Source of the DNA: Candidatus Woesearchaeota archaeon
GTDB taxonomy: Archaea > Nanobdellota > Nanobdellia > Woesearchaeales > JAAOYA01
DNA length: 51,700 bases
Reading direction: 5' to 3'
Assembly: GCA_018221105.1 (NCBI GenBank)
Contig: JAAOYA010000002.1
Location: forward strand, 1-51,700
The translations under genes were made by a program, and so were the position numbers. Below the pieces are notes generated by a model, which saw only the letters and a program-made list of their open reading frames with translations, was not told the DNA's origin and searched no databases. Each line of letters begins with the position of its first letter. The first letter of the stretch is position 1. This document shows positions 9,481-19,754 of this stretch, in pieces.

Positions 9481-10575
9481 TTATGGTAGCCAGCTCTTGG
9501 GGTTTTCGAGTTTTTGTGGTAGGTAATCGCTGATTACAAAGTTTAGTCCGTGTGTTGCCAGTGCTTGTTGTTCTGCACGTTTTTTCATTTTTACTAAGTC
9601 TTGCAAGGCTTTTTGCCACTCTGGGTGTTGTAGCACGAATGGATCGTTTTTTATTCCGTCTTGGACTCTTTTTATGTCAACGTCTTTTAATGGGTGTGTT
9701 GGCAAATTATAATCGATTATGTCTTTTGCTGTGATTCCGAAGAATTTGGTGTTTGGCACGCAGAAGTATTTGTTGATGTGCGCTGCATTACCAGAGCCAA
9801 CCTTAAGAGTTCGATAGATGTTTAGCCACCCGTATGGGTCGCCATCAGTGAACGCATAAACAGGCAAATTTTTCTCATCAGATAGCCTGCGAATAAATCG
9901 TCTGCATGAGCGTGTTGGAACTCCCCCTAACGATATCAAAATACAGTTGGATTTTTTGAAATAATTGTGTTTTACTAATCGTTGGTACATGCCTGTTGTT
10001 TCAACTGCTAAAATAAAGTCTGCTTTTGTTTCAAATTGTAGTTCTTCTACAGTTGATGGTACTGAATAACTGCCGCTTCCAAATTTTGTGCAATCAATTT
10101 TGATTTCTTGTCCGCTGTCAGGGTCTTTGTCAATGACTGTTAGTCTTCCTGCAACGTCACCGCCTTTTTCTTCTGGTATAAAACCTATTCTTTCACGGTT
10201 TAGCATGAAAAGACTTTCTACGTCGTCCATTATAGCGTCTGATTCTGTTTGCTCGCTAAAGCTTGCATCACCCCAGTTTTTTGATATGTAATAGGCTTCT
10301 CTTTTTGTTGCAATATCGTTGGTTTTGACAAGTTGTTGTGATAGTCCCATTAAGCGCAATGTTTGCGCAAAAGTTTTAATGGTGTTGACTGTTAATGTTC
10401 TTTTTTTCATTGCGCCGTTGAGCTCGAAAAAACCTTTTTTTGGATCGTATGTGACGTTTGATAACGCGCGAATAGGCATTTCTAGTTCTGGCTTTTGACG
10501 TTTGATGATTGTTTGGTAAACGTCTGTTGCTTGATCTTTTATTTTATTGATTACTTCTTCTTTCTTGTTCATCAT
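9481..10575 (-). CDS. top6A: DNA topoisomerase VI subunit A
   Basis: TKREAYY catalytic Tyr motif, AVET, GGVPTR, TDGDPYG TOPRIM, AEQQAL. Confidence 0.97.
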   Translation of the reverse strand: MMNKKEEVINKIKDQATDVYQTIIKRQKPELEMPIRALSNVTYDPKKGFFELNGAMKKRTLTVNTIKTFAQTLRLMGLSQQLVKTNDIATKREAYYISKNWGDASFSEQTESDAIMDDVESLFMLNRERIGFIPEEKGGDVAGRLTVIDKDPDSGQEIKIDCTKFGSGSYSVPSTVEELQFETKADFILAVETTGMYQRLVKHNYFKKSNCILISLGGVPTRSCRRFIRRLSDEKNLPVYAFTDGDPYGWLNIYRTLKVGSGNAAHINKYFCVPNTKFFGITAKDIIDYNLPTHPLKDVDIKRVQDGIKNDPFVLQHPEWQKALQDLVKMKKRAEQQALATHGLNFVISDYLPQKLENPKSWLP

Positions 10576-12244
10576 CTACACCATTTTCTTCATTGATTAT
10601 TGGTTTTAATTCTTCACTATAAGTTTGCGTGCCATCAGGTTCTAGTTCTACCTTACCTCTAATGTCTTCTAACATGTCACGTAACGTGTTATTAATGCGA
10701 CTTTCTTCTTGATCGCTTAAAGCCAGTAATTCTTTTAATGCTATTCCAATGTGTGGAACATATTTTTCTAAATAACTGCGTTTTTTTGTTTCTTCATTGA
10801 CACGCTTTTTTTTGTTAACATAACTTGCTAGTTTTCGACCGCACTCTTGCAATGCAAGTTTTATCTCTTTGGTTATTTCAGGATAGTGCGCTAGTGCTTC
10901 TTTAGCTTCACTTGTAAATGGTACCCAAACGCTTGCCATGTGAACAAGCACTGTTGCAGGGCCCACAGGAACTGATTTTTGTGATTGTGATATTCCATAA
11001 TTGCGCCAACCAGTTTCTATTATTGCGTCAGTTATGCCGCAAGCTCCTTGTTGGTATAATAATGGCACACTGTTTGCAAAACGCAATATTTTAATTTGAT
11101 TATCGCTTGTTAGTTCTCCACCGTAAGCAATTCCAGCTTCTATAATAAAAGGGTTGCCACGGTAAACTGCTGGAGGCCTAGTGGTTGAGACAAAGAATTC
11201 TGCGTTAATCTCTTTTTTTAATCCTTTTTCTACAAGTTGTGGGCCTAATGGTTTTACACAATCTGTTGGCGGAGCAATAATTTTAGTAACACGTATAGCT
11301 TTTATCAAACGCTCTGCTTGTTCTCGACTAATACTTCGAGGTTTTGTTTTGATTAGCACTCCTGCTTTTTCACAGATATCTTTAGCAGTTTTTGCTCCAA
11401 TACGCTCGAATTCTGTAGTAAAAAATTGTTGTAATGTTTTAGCATTAGTCCAGGAAAGCATTTTTATTAAAATTCCAATTTCGATGCCGTAAGGGTGTGG
11501 TCTAATCTCTCGAGGTTGCACTGGTAAATTGTCAGTTGCTCGCGCGTAAATGAATTGTTCAGCTTTAGGATTAGTATAAATTATAGTGGTGTGAGGGTTT
11601 ATTATGGCTGTTTGTTTAAGGTATTCATCAACAGATTGTATTCCTTTTTGATATGCTGCTTCTAAGTCAAGTTCTATTTTAGTGCCGTGTTCTTTATCCC
11701 ACTCTACTATTTCATCTTTTAATATTTTAGGAGTGTTTTTTTGAGTGTCAATTCCGAGTTCATAATAATGTGATGGTTGATTTACGCCTATTGTCGAAGT
11801 TATTTTTGCAGGCTTTCCAGTGGTTAATTGCGAATACATCACACTGGCACTAATGCCTATTCCTTGTTGTCCGCGTGATTGTTTTAGTGAGTGAAATTTG
11901 CTGCCGTACAATAACTTGGCAAAAATCTTCGGTATTTGTTTTTTTACAATTCCAGGACCATTATCTTCAACAATTATTCTAAAACGGTCTTCTCCCATTT
12001 CAATAATTTCAATGTTTAATTCTGGTAGAATTCCTGCTTCTTCACAAGCGTCTAAAGAATTATCAACTGCTTCTTTTACAGTAGTCATTAAAGCTTTTCT
12101 TTTATTGTCAAAGCCTAGTAAATGCCTGTTTTTTTCAAAAAATTCTGCAATACTAATCTCGCGTTGTTTTTTTGCAAGCTCGTGAGCTTTTATGGCATTA
12201 GAGTCTAGTTGTTCTGTGCCCGAAAAATCATTAAGTGTTGTCAT
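10544..12244 (-). CDS. top6B: DNA topoisomerase VI subunit B
   Basis: [30 protein letters not shown] motifs; [20 protein letters not shown]. Confidence 0.97.
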   Translation of the reverse strand: MTTLNDFSGTEQLDSNAIKAHELAKKQREISIAEFFEKNRHLLGFDNKRKALMTTVKEAVDNSLDACEEAGILPELNIEIIEMGEDRFRIIVEDNGPGIVKKQIPKIFAKLLYGSKFHSLKQSRGQQGIGISASVMYSQLTTGKPAKITSTIGVNQPSHYYELGIDTQKNTPKILKDEIVEWDKEHGTKIELDLEAAYQKGIQSVDEYLKQTAIINPHTTIIYTNPKAEQFIYARATDNLPVQPREIRPHPYGIEIGILIKMLSWTNAKTLQQFFTTEFERIGAKTAKDICEKAGVLIKTKPRSISREQAERLIKAIRVTKIIAPPTDCVKPLGPQLVEKGLKKEINAEFFVSTTRPPAVYRGNPFIIEAGIAYGGELTSDNQIKILRFANSVPLLYQQGACGITDAIIETGWRNYGISQSQKSVPVGPATVLVHMASVWVPFTSEAKEALAHYPEITKEIKLALQECGRKLASYVNKKKRVNEETKKRSYLEKYVPHIGIALKELLALSDQEESRINNTLRDMLEDIRGKVELEPDGTQTYSEELKPIINEENGVDDEQERRSNQ

Positions 12245-12290
12245 ACCTAGTTTCTGAGAATTGATTATGACTAATAAACTTTATTGTTCT

Positions 12291-12848
12291 CTAGTCATCA
12301 ATTTGTTTAAAATCATCCTTGCTAGGCGCTACTCGATGCTTTTTTAATTGTTTTTCAAGCCACCTGTAAACTGTTGCGTGAGGACTACCAGCAACTAATG
12401 ATTCTATTGCTCTGCGAGCACTAGTAACTTCTTCAGCTTGTCCAATAAGACCTATTGTTTTGCCGTAAACGCAAATTTGTGCTCCTGTGAGTGTTTCTAT
12501 TGTTTTACGACTCTTGCCTTCTGTTCCGATAACCCTACCTTTTACTCTCATTAACTGATTTTTTTTATCAGAATAATCTGCTAAGTTGACAATTTCAAAG
12601 ATATAATCTTGTTTTAATAGCAGCATTGCTGTTTCAGGATTAAAACCCCTGCCTATTGCCTTGACTATTTCTTGACAAATATAAAGTTTTATTCCATCAT
12701 CACCTTTTATTTGAATGTCTCCTTCTTTAGAATCAATGTATAGTTTTGAGTTTGTAGCGTCCTCTAATTCTTTTTTTATTTTTCCTTTGGTACCTATGAG
12801 TACTGCAACGCGATCTTTTGGTATTTTTACTTCGTGAATGAATTCCAT
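12291..12848 (-). CDS. dim2: KH-domain ribosome biogenesis protein (Dim2/Pno1)
   Basis: IPKDRVAVLIGTKG, KAIGRGF, RVKGRVIGTEG, GSPHATVY. Confidence 0.92.
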   Translation of the reverse strand: MEFIHEVKIPKDRVAVLIGTKGKIKKELEDATNSKLYIDSKEGDIQIKGDDGIKLYICQEIVKAIGRGFNPETAMLLLKQDYIFEIVNLADYSDKKNQLMRVKGRVIGTEGKSRKTIETLTGAQICVYGKTIGLIGQAEEVTSARRAIESLVAGSPHATVYRWLEKQLKKHRVAPSKDDFKQIDD

Positions 12849-12873
12849 ATTGGAGGGGATTTATTTGCTGTTT

Positions 12874-13581
12874 TTAAATTTTACCAGTAATTTTTTTGTT
12901 AATTTGTTCTATTGTAGTTTTAACTCCTTTTTTTGTAAAATAATTGTACATGTTTTTAATATCGCGCTCTAACAATTCTTTGGCATTATGACTTTTTGTT
13001 ATTGTGGATTGTGAAAAATCAATAAATACTGGGTGTTCATTATAATTTAGAATATTGAACTCTGACAAGTCACCATGGACAAGTCCTGATTTGTAGAGTT
13101 TTTTCATGTTTTCAATTGTTTTATCGTAGAATTCATTAATGTTTGCAGGGGTTGCATTTTTTAATTGTGGCGATGGCAGTACATCACCTATTAACTCCAT
13201 AACTATAATATTGTATAGTTGAGCGTGCGGTGTTGGAACTTTAATGTTTTGACGTGCCAATAATAGGTTGCGATATTCTCTTTTTGTCCAAGAAAAAACT
13301 ACTTGTCGACGATTCTTTTTCAGGCTTAATGCCCTGGGGTCTTGTTTTAAATAATTATACATTTGATTAAAATTGGCATTTTGCACTCTATAAATCTTAA
13401 CAATGACCTGTGTTTTGTCTTTTTTTATTGCTGTGAAAATATTGGCTTCTTTTCCTATTGAAAAAGGGTTTTTTAACTCTTCAAAGTGTCCTTGACTTGA
13501 TAGTTTGAACAGGTTGCGCTCTGTCACTTCATCAAAAACTGCTTTGTAGGTTTTGTGCTTTTCACGTGTAATTTTTGCCAT
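12874..13581 (-). CDS. rio1: RIO1-family atypical protein kinase
   Basis: SIGKEANIF, VKIYR, WTKREYRNL, LVHGDLSEFNIL, IDFSQ; no N-terminal wHTH. Confidence 0.93.
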   Translation of the reverse strand: MAKITREKHKTYKAVFDEVTERNLFKLSSQGHFEELKNPFSIGKEANIFTAIKKDKTQVIVKIYRVQNANFNQMYNYLKQDPRALSLKKNRRQVVFSWTKREYRNLLLARQNIKVPTPHAQLYNIIVMELIGDVLPSPQLKNATPANINEFYDKTIENMKKLYKSGLVHGDLSEFNILNYNEHPVFIDFSQSTITKSHNAKELLERDIKNMYNYFTKKGVKTTIEQINKKITGKI

Positions 13582-13681
13582 GATGTTGGTGGATTGCTTC
13601 TTTATAAATAACTTGTGCGTTAGGACCGAAAACCTTATAAATGATTAACCACTACACAGTGAATAAAGGTTAATCATAAGC

Positions 13682-13689
13682 TTTAAATA
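13682..13689 (+). promoter_or_regulatory. TATA box upstream of the dnaG leader
   Basis: TTTAAATA ~22 nt before the first helix at 13711. Confidence 0.5.
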
Positions 13690-13710
13690 TAAAACAAAAA
13701 TACTCACTAT

Positions 13711-14103
13711 TAATGCACGATAAAGTTCTTAAAAGAGCCTTGCAATGATTTTAAGCAAAATCGCGCATTACAGCCCGACACGAGAGTACTCAAGGGAGTA
13801 TACGAGAAACTCAAGCAATGAACTTGGGAGTTAGTGTTTCGGGCAACAAAAACCTTTACACTCAACAAAAAAATAACAAAAAATTGTTGAGAACAAGCTT
13901 CACAATTCACAAAATCACACGCAATGACCAACTTTATTAATTTTCAGGTCAACAAAAAAATAATAGCTTGTTCTCAAAAAAAATAATAGACACGGCAAAA
14001 CGCATAGAACTGGTGAACTTTCATGATTATTACATCACATTCACAAAACACAATTAGTAAAAAAAAACTATTTGAGTAAACAAACTAGTTCTGCAAAAGC
14101 CGT
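13711..14103 (+). ncRNA. Putative structured RNA / 5' leader of dnaG with four helical domains
   Basis: Pairings 13711-21/13760-70, 13773-81/13834-44, perfect 13-bp 13887-99/13965-77, 13992-96/14099-103 plus 14006-14/14084-92; no credible ORF. Confidence 0.65.
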
Positions 14104-14114
14104 TGGAGGAAAAA

Positions 14115-15374
14115 ATGGCAAAAATTGCACAAACAGCAGCAAAATATATAGTCCACGCCACAATAAACATTGAAGGTGTAGTAGACCGCCCAGACGTAAT
14201 AGGCGCAATCTTTGGACAAACAGAAGGATTACTAGGCGAAGACCTAGAACTTAGAGAATTACAACGCTCAGGACGCATTGGTAGAATAGAAGTTAATGTA
14301 GAAACAAAAACAGGAAAAACAGATGGTGTAATAATCATACCGTCAAGCTTAGACAAAGCAGAAACAGCAATCATAGGAGCGGCAATAGAAGTAATAGAAA
14401 GAATAGGCCCTTGCAACGCAAAAATACGAATAGATAAAATAGAAGACATCAGAGTATCAAAAAGAGACACAGTAGTCAACAGGGCAAAAGAACTATTAAA
14501 AAACCTAACAGATGGCGTACTGCCAGACAGCCAAGAACTATGCGATGAAGTATCAGAATCAGTACGAGTTATGGAAATTGTAGAATACGGAAAAGACAGA
14601 CTCCCAGCAGGGCCAACAATTGAAGAAAGCGACGAAGTAATATTGGTAGAAGGGCGAGCAGACGTGTTAAACTTATTAAAACATGGCTTTAAAAACGTGA
14701 TATCATTAAACGGTACAAGTGTGCCAAAAACTATCGTAGAACTTGCAAAAAAGAAAACAGTAACAGCGTTTGTTGATGGAGATCGTGGCGGGAACCTGAT
14801 AATCAAAGAATTATCACAAGTTGCAGAAGTAGACTTTGTAACAAAAGCGCCAGACGGCAAAGAAGTCGAAGAACTGGCAAAAAAAGAAATACACAAAGCA
14901 CTACGCTCAAAAGTTTCACTAGAGCAAGCACTAGTGGAAACTAACAATCGACAAACAACACCGCAACGACGCACAAGCCCTCAAACGCGAACAACATATT
15001 CTCGTAGCGCTTCACCACGCCAAACAAGTAGAACAAGCGCTCCGCCAGAGCGACGCAGAATAGTAAAACCAAGATTGTCAACAAATGAAAAAGCGTCATT
15101 TAAAGAAAAATTAGACGATCTAATAGGAACTAGGGGAGCATATATTTTAGATGATAAATCAAACATATTAGGCAAAGTGCCAAACAGTGAACTAGTAAGC
15201 ACAATCAAAAGCTTATCAGGAGGCGTTTACGCTGTAATATTTGACGGTGAAATAGACAAAGACCTAGTAACTGTTGCAGAGAGAGCTCGTGTTAAACACT
15301 TAGTAGCGATGAACAATAAAACAAAGCTCAACACAGCCGTGAACCTTTTGACAAGCGCAGAACTAGAAGCTTAA
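14115..15374 (+). CDS. dnaG: Archaeal DnaG (primase-like, exosome-associated)
   Basis: GVVDRPDVIGAIFGQTEGLLG, LRELQRSGRIGRI, VEGRADV, DGDRGG; GGAGG SD at 14105-14109. Confidence 0.96.
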   Translation: MAKIAQTAAKYIVHATINIEGVVDRPDVIGAIFGQTEGLLGEDLELRELQRSGRIGRIEVNVETKTGKTDGVIIIPSSLDKAETAIIGAAIEVIERIGPCNAKIRIDKIEDIRVSKRDTVVNRAKELLKNLTDGVLPDSQELCDEVSESVRVMEIVEYGKDRLPAGPTIEESDEVILVEGRADVLNLLKHGFKNVISLNGTSVPKTIVELAKKKTVTAFVDGDRGGNLIIKELSQVAEVDFVTKAPDGKEVEELAKKEIHKALRSKVSLEQALVETNNRQTTPQRRTSPQTRTTYSRSASPRQTSRTSAPPERRRIVKPRLSTNEKASFKEKLDDLIGTRGAYILDDKSNILGKVPNSELVSTIKSLSGGVYAVIFDGEIDKDLVTVAERARVKHLVAMNNKTKLNTAVNLLTSAELEA

Positions 15375-15380
15375 ACATAA

Positions 15381-15845
15381 TTATTTTTTTATTATTTTTA
15401 TTAAATCTTCAATTTTTGAACTATCATCAAAAACTATTAGATTATGATTATTGTTTTTCGCTTCAACAAAAACAGTATCAAAAATTTCAGCGTCCAAGTT
15501 TTCGCGAATTTTCTCTTTTGAATAACCTCTGGTTTTCAAGCGCTCTTTTAAGGTTTTAAGATTTGTTTTGCAAACAATACAAAAATCTATAATTTTTGCT
15601 GGTAGTTCGTGAGCCAAGTGAGAATCGATAACAACACTTTTTTTCTCTTTAATGATTTTTTCAAATTCTACATTTAATTTTTTAACATCAATAATTTCAC
15701 AATCTCTAATTTTATCATAACCATCACTTACTGTTTTAGCAATAGCATTACCATCAACATACTCAAAACTTAAAGCTATAGCTAGTTTTTTAGCTAAAGT
15801 TGTCTTGCCAGTCGCTGGCACTCCAGTAACAACCACTACAGTCAT
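15381..15845 (-). CDS. Adenylate kinase, AK6/Fap7-like
   Basis: VTGVPATGKTT, IDSHLAH, RLKTRGYSKEKIRENLDAEI. Confidence 0.9.
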   Translation of the reverse strand: MTVVVVTGVPATGKTTLAKKLAIALSFEYVDGNAIAKTVSDGYDKIRDCEIIDVKKLNVEFEKIIKEKKSVVIDSHLAHELPAKIIDFCIVCKTNLKTLKERLKTRGYSKEKIRENLDAEIFDTVFVEAKNNNHNLIVFDDSSKIEDLIKIIKK

Positions 15846-15878
15846 AAAAAAACATAGAAAATAATTAGTTATAAAACT

Positions 15879-17882
15879 TTACAATAATTTCATCATTTCT
15901 TCTTTAGTTTTGCAACTTCTCAACTCTTCTGCTAATTTTTTCTTTTGCAAAACTTCAGCAACCCAATTAGCAAAATCATTTTTTGAGCCGTTAACATAAA
16001 ATTCAAAAGTATGAGAGTCCATCTCTGCAAGCTCGTGTTTTAATTCTTTAAGATTCTTAATAGTGATTCCACTGTGAAGCTTGAAATAATTCTCTGGCTT
16101 TATACTAATTGACAAATTCTTTCTTTTTTTGTAAGGCGTTACTTTAACACCTTCTTTTGGTGGAAGTGCAGCTTTTTTTTGTTTTGTCTTAGCTTTATTT
16201 GAATAACGGTGCATAAAGCGTAACCGCATGAACTTTTGGGTTGCTACCATCAAAATAAAAATTATGAAAGAGTAAGCAAGCAAAACATAAATGTTCAAGC
16301 TCAAATCTGATAGTGGAGTGTTAAAAAGCAAGGTTTTTCTTAGCAGACTAGAGCCTATAACAAAAGGATTGTACGCTGCGACTGCTTGAGCATAATAAGG
16401 CATGCTCTCAAGTGGTAGTATAAAGTCAGAAAGCAGCATAAACATACTGGCAACACTAACAGCTCCAATAGTGACTGTTTCTTGACTATTAAAAACATGT
16501 CCTATTCCCATCCCGATAAGTGAAAACAGCACAATAAGCAAGACAAGTATTAATAGAATTGCTGGCAGTGTTGCAAGCATAGTATCTCTAAAAAAGAATC
16601 CTGCAACAGTCAAAATAATAACTAATTGCAACATCAATAACACAAAATTTGTAAAAAATGTTCCGGTCAAAAAAGCAAAGTCTCCAGTTGGAGTAACAAA
16701 ATTTCTAAAGTGTGCTTCATAATTTTTTTCCATAACAATAATAAGTGACGGTATCATTAAACTAATAAACATTACAACTAATGCCATTAAGCTTGGAAAT
16801 AAATAATTAAGTCTTGTTCCTTTGCTGCTAATACTTTCAATCCTAGTACTTATAGGGTTGACAATGCTTTCAGCATCCTTTACAGCAATATTATCAATTA
16901 TGTTTTGTGCTTGCGTGAGCGATTCTTTTAAATCATCAAGCTTTCCAATAGTTTTATCAACACTAGATTGTGCTTCTACAATATCTGACTTGGCAGTTCC
17001 TTTTATTTTATTAGCTTGTTCAAGTTTTGATCCCATATCATCCATCGCAGCACTAATTTTCGCCATTAACTGATCAGTTGTTAAATTAATAGTATCATTT
17101 TTTGCATCAATTATTAAATCTTGTAGATCTTCTGCCATTGTTTTTAAAGAATTGTTAGAGCCCCAAGTGTCAGGGTTATCAATAACAAACTCTACAACAT
17201 CCTCAGCGTCATCGGTCACGTCATCAAAATAATTGTTAAGCTCTGAAATATCTGTTCTTATTGTTGATATGGAAGTGCCATTGGTTGCTATACTTAAGTC
17301 CATCTTGTCAAGACCTTCTTTTAAGTCAGCCAAATCTTTTTTCAGGTCATCTTCACGACTTTTCAATCCTTCAACAAGTGTTTTATCATCATCAACATGA
17401 TCTTTCACTTCGTTAAACTTATCAATCAATGTGTTTGTCAAATCAATGCTTAAATTTTTTGATATGGTGCTAAACTGTGTTGAAACCTGGTCTAAAATAT
17501 TATAAACAATGTTAATTCTGGAGTAATCAACATAAAATAGTATTTCGTTAGTTTTGCCTTCTTCGATTTTCAAGTCTTTTGGCAGTACAATACAAGCGTG
17601 TGTTACTCCAAGTTCAGTATTTCTAACACAAGTTTGTTCAGCATCAAAGCGTAAAACTTCAAAACGGTCATTGTCCAAGCTTGCAATAACGTTTTCTGTT
17701 AGGGTGGTGTATTCTTCTGCGTAAACTCCAATATTTAATTTTAGTTGAGCATTATTGTTAAAAGCAACTCCTACTAAAAACATGAGTAGTAATGGCCCGA
17801 GAATCACTACTGATGCTGAACTCTTGCTTCTTAACAGTAACTTAAGGTTCTTGCTAATAATTTTTAGTACTTGACGAATCAT
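15879..17882 (-). CDS. ABC-2-type permease with large extracellular helical domain and C-terminal DUF5752-like domain
   Basis: 1+5 TM layout, LPLESMP, NPFVI; tail YFKLHSGITIKNLKEL...FEFYVNGSKNDFANWVAEVL. Confidence 0.8.
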   Translation of the reverse strand: MIRQVLKIISKNLKLLLRSKSSASVVILGPLLLMFLVGVAFNNNAQLKLNIGVYAEEYTTLTENVIASLDNDRFEVLRFDAEQTCVRNTELGVTHACIVLPKDLKIEEGKTNEILFYVDYSRINIVYNILDQVSTQFSTISKNLSIDLTNTLIDKFNEVKDHVDDDKTLVEGLKSREDDLKKDLADLKEGLDKMDLSIATNGTSISTIRTDISELNNYFDDVTDDAEDVVEFVIDNPDTWGSNNSLKTMAEDLQDLIIDAKNDTINLTTDQLMAKISAAMDDMGSKLEQANKIKGTAKSDIVEAQSSVDKTIGKLDDLKESLTQAQNIIDNIAVKDAESIVNPISTRIESISSKGTRLNYLFPSLMALVVMFISLMIPSLIIVMEKNYEAHFRNFVTPTGDFAFLTGTFFTNFVLLMLQLVIILTVAGFFFRDTMLATLPAILLILVLLIVLFSLIGMGIGHVFNSQETVTIGAVSVASMFMLLSDFILPLESMPYYAQAVAAYNPFVIGSSLLRKTLLFNTPLSDLSLNIYVLLAYSFIIFILMVATQKFMRLRFMHRYSNKAKTKQKKAALPPKEGVKVTPYKKRKNLSISIKPENYFKLHSGITIKNLKELKHELAEMDSHTFEFYVNGSKNDFANWVAEVLQKKKLAEELRSCKTKEEMMKLL

Positions 17883-18877
17883 TTTTTTGTTGTATCTTCA
17901 GTAATAGCCTCGAAAACCTCGCTAAGACTTGCTTTGCTAACATTTAATGATAAAATATTTTCGTGATTGCTTTCTGCAACGTGCAATAAGTGATGAATTA
18001 TTGTTTCTGCTTTTGGAGTGTAAATAGTTATTGCATAACCGTCATTGACAATTTTTTTGATGTTGATGCCTTTGATTGCTTTTAATGAATTAATTACTGC
18101 ACTATAATTTCCTGGCGTGGACTCAAATTTTACTTCTTCATTTTTTGTAAACAAGTTTTTTAGTTGTGCAGGGGTTCCAACATTGGTTATTTGGTTGTTG
18201 CTAAGTATTCCAACACGATCACATAAGTGTTCTATTTCATCAAGAAAATGTGATGATATTAGTATTGTGGTGCCTTTTTCATTGATTTTTTTTATTAACT
18301 CCCACATTTGTTTTCGTAAAATAGGATCTAAATCGCTTGTTGGCTCGTCAAGAATCAAAATTTTTGGATCGTGTATTAGTGCACAAGCAATATCTAAGCG
18401 TTTTTTCATACCGCCTGACAGATTTCCTGCTAGAGTGTCACGATGCTCAAAAAGTCCCATCAATTTTAATAATATTCTACTGTTGGTTCGCCTGATGTCT
18501 TTTGGTAAATCATATAATGCTCCAAAATAGTCAAGGTTTTCTTCAGGTGTTAGTTTATCATAAACTGAAGGGTTTTGTGCTGCAAAACCAAAGATTTTTT
18601 TTGCTTGTTTTGGATTTTTAAATACTGAACGATAGTTTTCTTCTTCACCAGCATAATCTAATAAGTGTTCTACTTTAAATCGAACGTCCCCCTTGTCAGG
18701 GTTTACAAAACCGATAATGGTGTTTAACAGAGTGGTTTTTCCAGTTCCACTCATTCCAATAATGCCAAATAATTCTCCAGATTGAATATTGAGATTAACA
18801 CCGTTTAATACTATGTTTTCACCAAATTGTTTGAAAACATTTTCCATTAGTAGTATATTACTCTCAGCGGGTTTCAT
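17879..18877 (-). CDS. ABC transporter ATP-binding protein
   Basis: GMSGTGKTT, LSGGMKKR, ILILDEPT, SSH; ATGA overlap with permease. Confidence 0.95.
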   Translation of the reverse strand: MKPAESNILLMENVFKQFGENIVLNGVNLNIQSGELFGIIGMSGTGKTTLLNTIIGFVNPDKGDVRFKVEHLLDYAGEEENYRSVFKNPKQAKKIFGFAAQNPSVYDKLTPEENLDYFGALYDLPKDIRRTNSRILLKLMGLFEHRDTLAGNLSGGMKKRLDIACALIHDPKILILDEPTSDLDPILRKQMWELIKKINEKGTTILISSHFLDEIEHLCDRVGILSNNQITNVGTPAQLKNLFTKNEEVKFESTPGNYSAVINSLKAIKGINIKKIVNDGYAITIYTPKAETIIHHLLHVAESNHENILSLNVSKASLSEVFEAITEDTTKK

Positions 18878-18986
18878 TGACTTAAGTAGTGCTGTATCAT
18901 TTTAAATACTTGCGTCATCACTCTAGAATGGTTCAAAACTTTTTTGGGTGCATAGTTTTAAATAAAAAATAGGTTTTTTGGTGCTT

Positions 18987-19712
18987 ATGAATATAAAAAA
19001 AATCTTGATGAACAACAACGAAAAACACTATGTCAAAGACGACAACAAAGACTATCACTTAAAATTTGGCATAATAGATCAAAAAGATCTAAAAAAAGGT
19101 GGTTTAGTAAAATCTTCTATTAATAGACAATATTATGCTTTTAATCCGTCATTTATTGACCAATACCAGAAAATTAAGCGTGGTGCTCAAATAATACCGA
19201 ATAAAGACCTTGGACTGATAATTTCAAAAACGGGTCTTGGAAAAGACTCGATAGTGGTTGATGCTGGAGCTGGCAGTGGTGGAGTAGCATGTTTTCTTGC
19301 AAATATTGTAAAAAAAGTTTACACGTATGATATTAAAAAAGAAAATGTTGAAATTGTCAAAAAGAATGTAACAGACTTAGAATTAAAAAATGTTGAAGTA
19401 ATAGAGCATGACATCACAAAACCTATCAGCGTAAAAAATGCCGACGTGTTCATATTAGATATTGCAGAACCTTGGACTGCACTAAACACTGTAAATAATG
19501 CTCTAAAAGTTGGAGGTTTTCTAATAGGATACGTTCCAACTACAACACAGTTACAAGAATTAAACAACACACTAGAACAATTTAAATCACTAATTGTTCT
19601 AGAAAACATTGAACTTATCGCGCGAGAGTGGAAAGCAGAAGGTAAAGCAGTAAGACCATTAACTGGAACATTACACTCAGGATTTTTAACAATAGTTCGA
19701 AAAGTAGTCTAA
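18987..19712 (+). CDS. trmI: tRNA (adenine-N1)-methyltransferase TrmI/Gcd14
   Basis: KRGAQIIPNKD, DAGAGSG, ILDIAEPW, YVPTTTQ, REW, HSGFL. Confidence 0.92.
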   Translation: MNIKKILMNNNEKHYVKDDNKDYHLKFGIIDQKDLKKGGLVKSSINRQYYAFNPSFIDQYQKIKRGAQIIPNKDLGLIISKTGLGKDSIVVDAGAGSGGVACFLANIVKKVYTYDIKKENVEIVKKNVTDLELKNVEVIEHDITKPISVKNADVFILDIAEPWTALNTVNNALKVGGFLIGYVPTTTQLQELNNTLEQFKSLIVLENIELIAREWKAEGKAVRPLTGTLHSGFLTIVRKVV

Positions 19713-19754
19713 TTGGTAGAAAACTTTATAATACTCACATTCGATAAAGCTTAA

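Noticed and set aside
9481..13581. rio1-dim2-top6B-top6A cluster as a novel association
   Set aside because: Known conserved archaeal gene neighbourhood
13710..13931. 73-aa minus-strand ORF
   Set aside because: No family motifs; composition mirrors A-tracts; better explained by the + strand structured RNA
13582..14114. RNase P RNA, SRP RNA or CRISPR array in the long intergenic region
   Set aside because: No GAGGAAAGUCC-type P4 motif, no SRP helix-8 motif and no regularly spaced direct repeats seen on either strand
14054..14974. 306-aa minus-strand ORF
   Set aside because: Antisense shadow of the well-conserved dnaG
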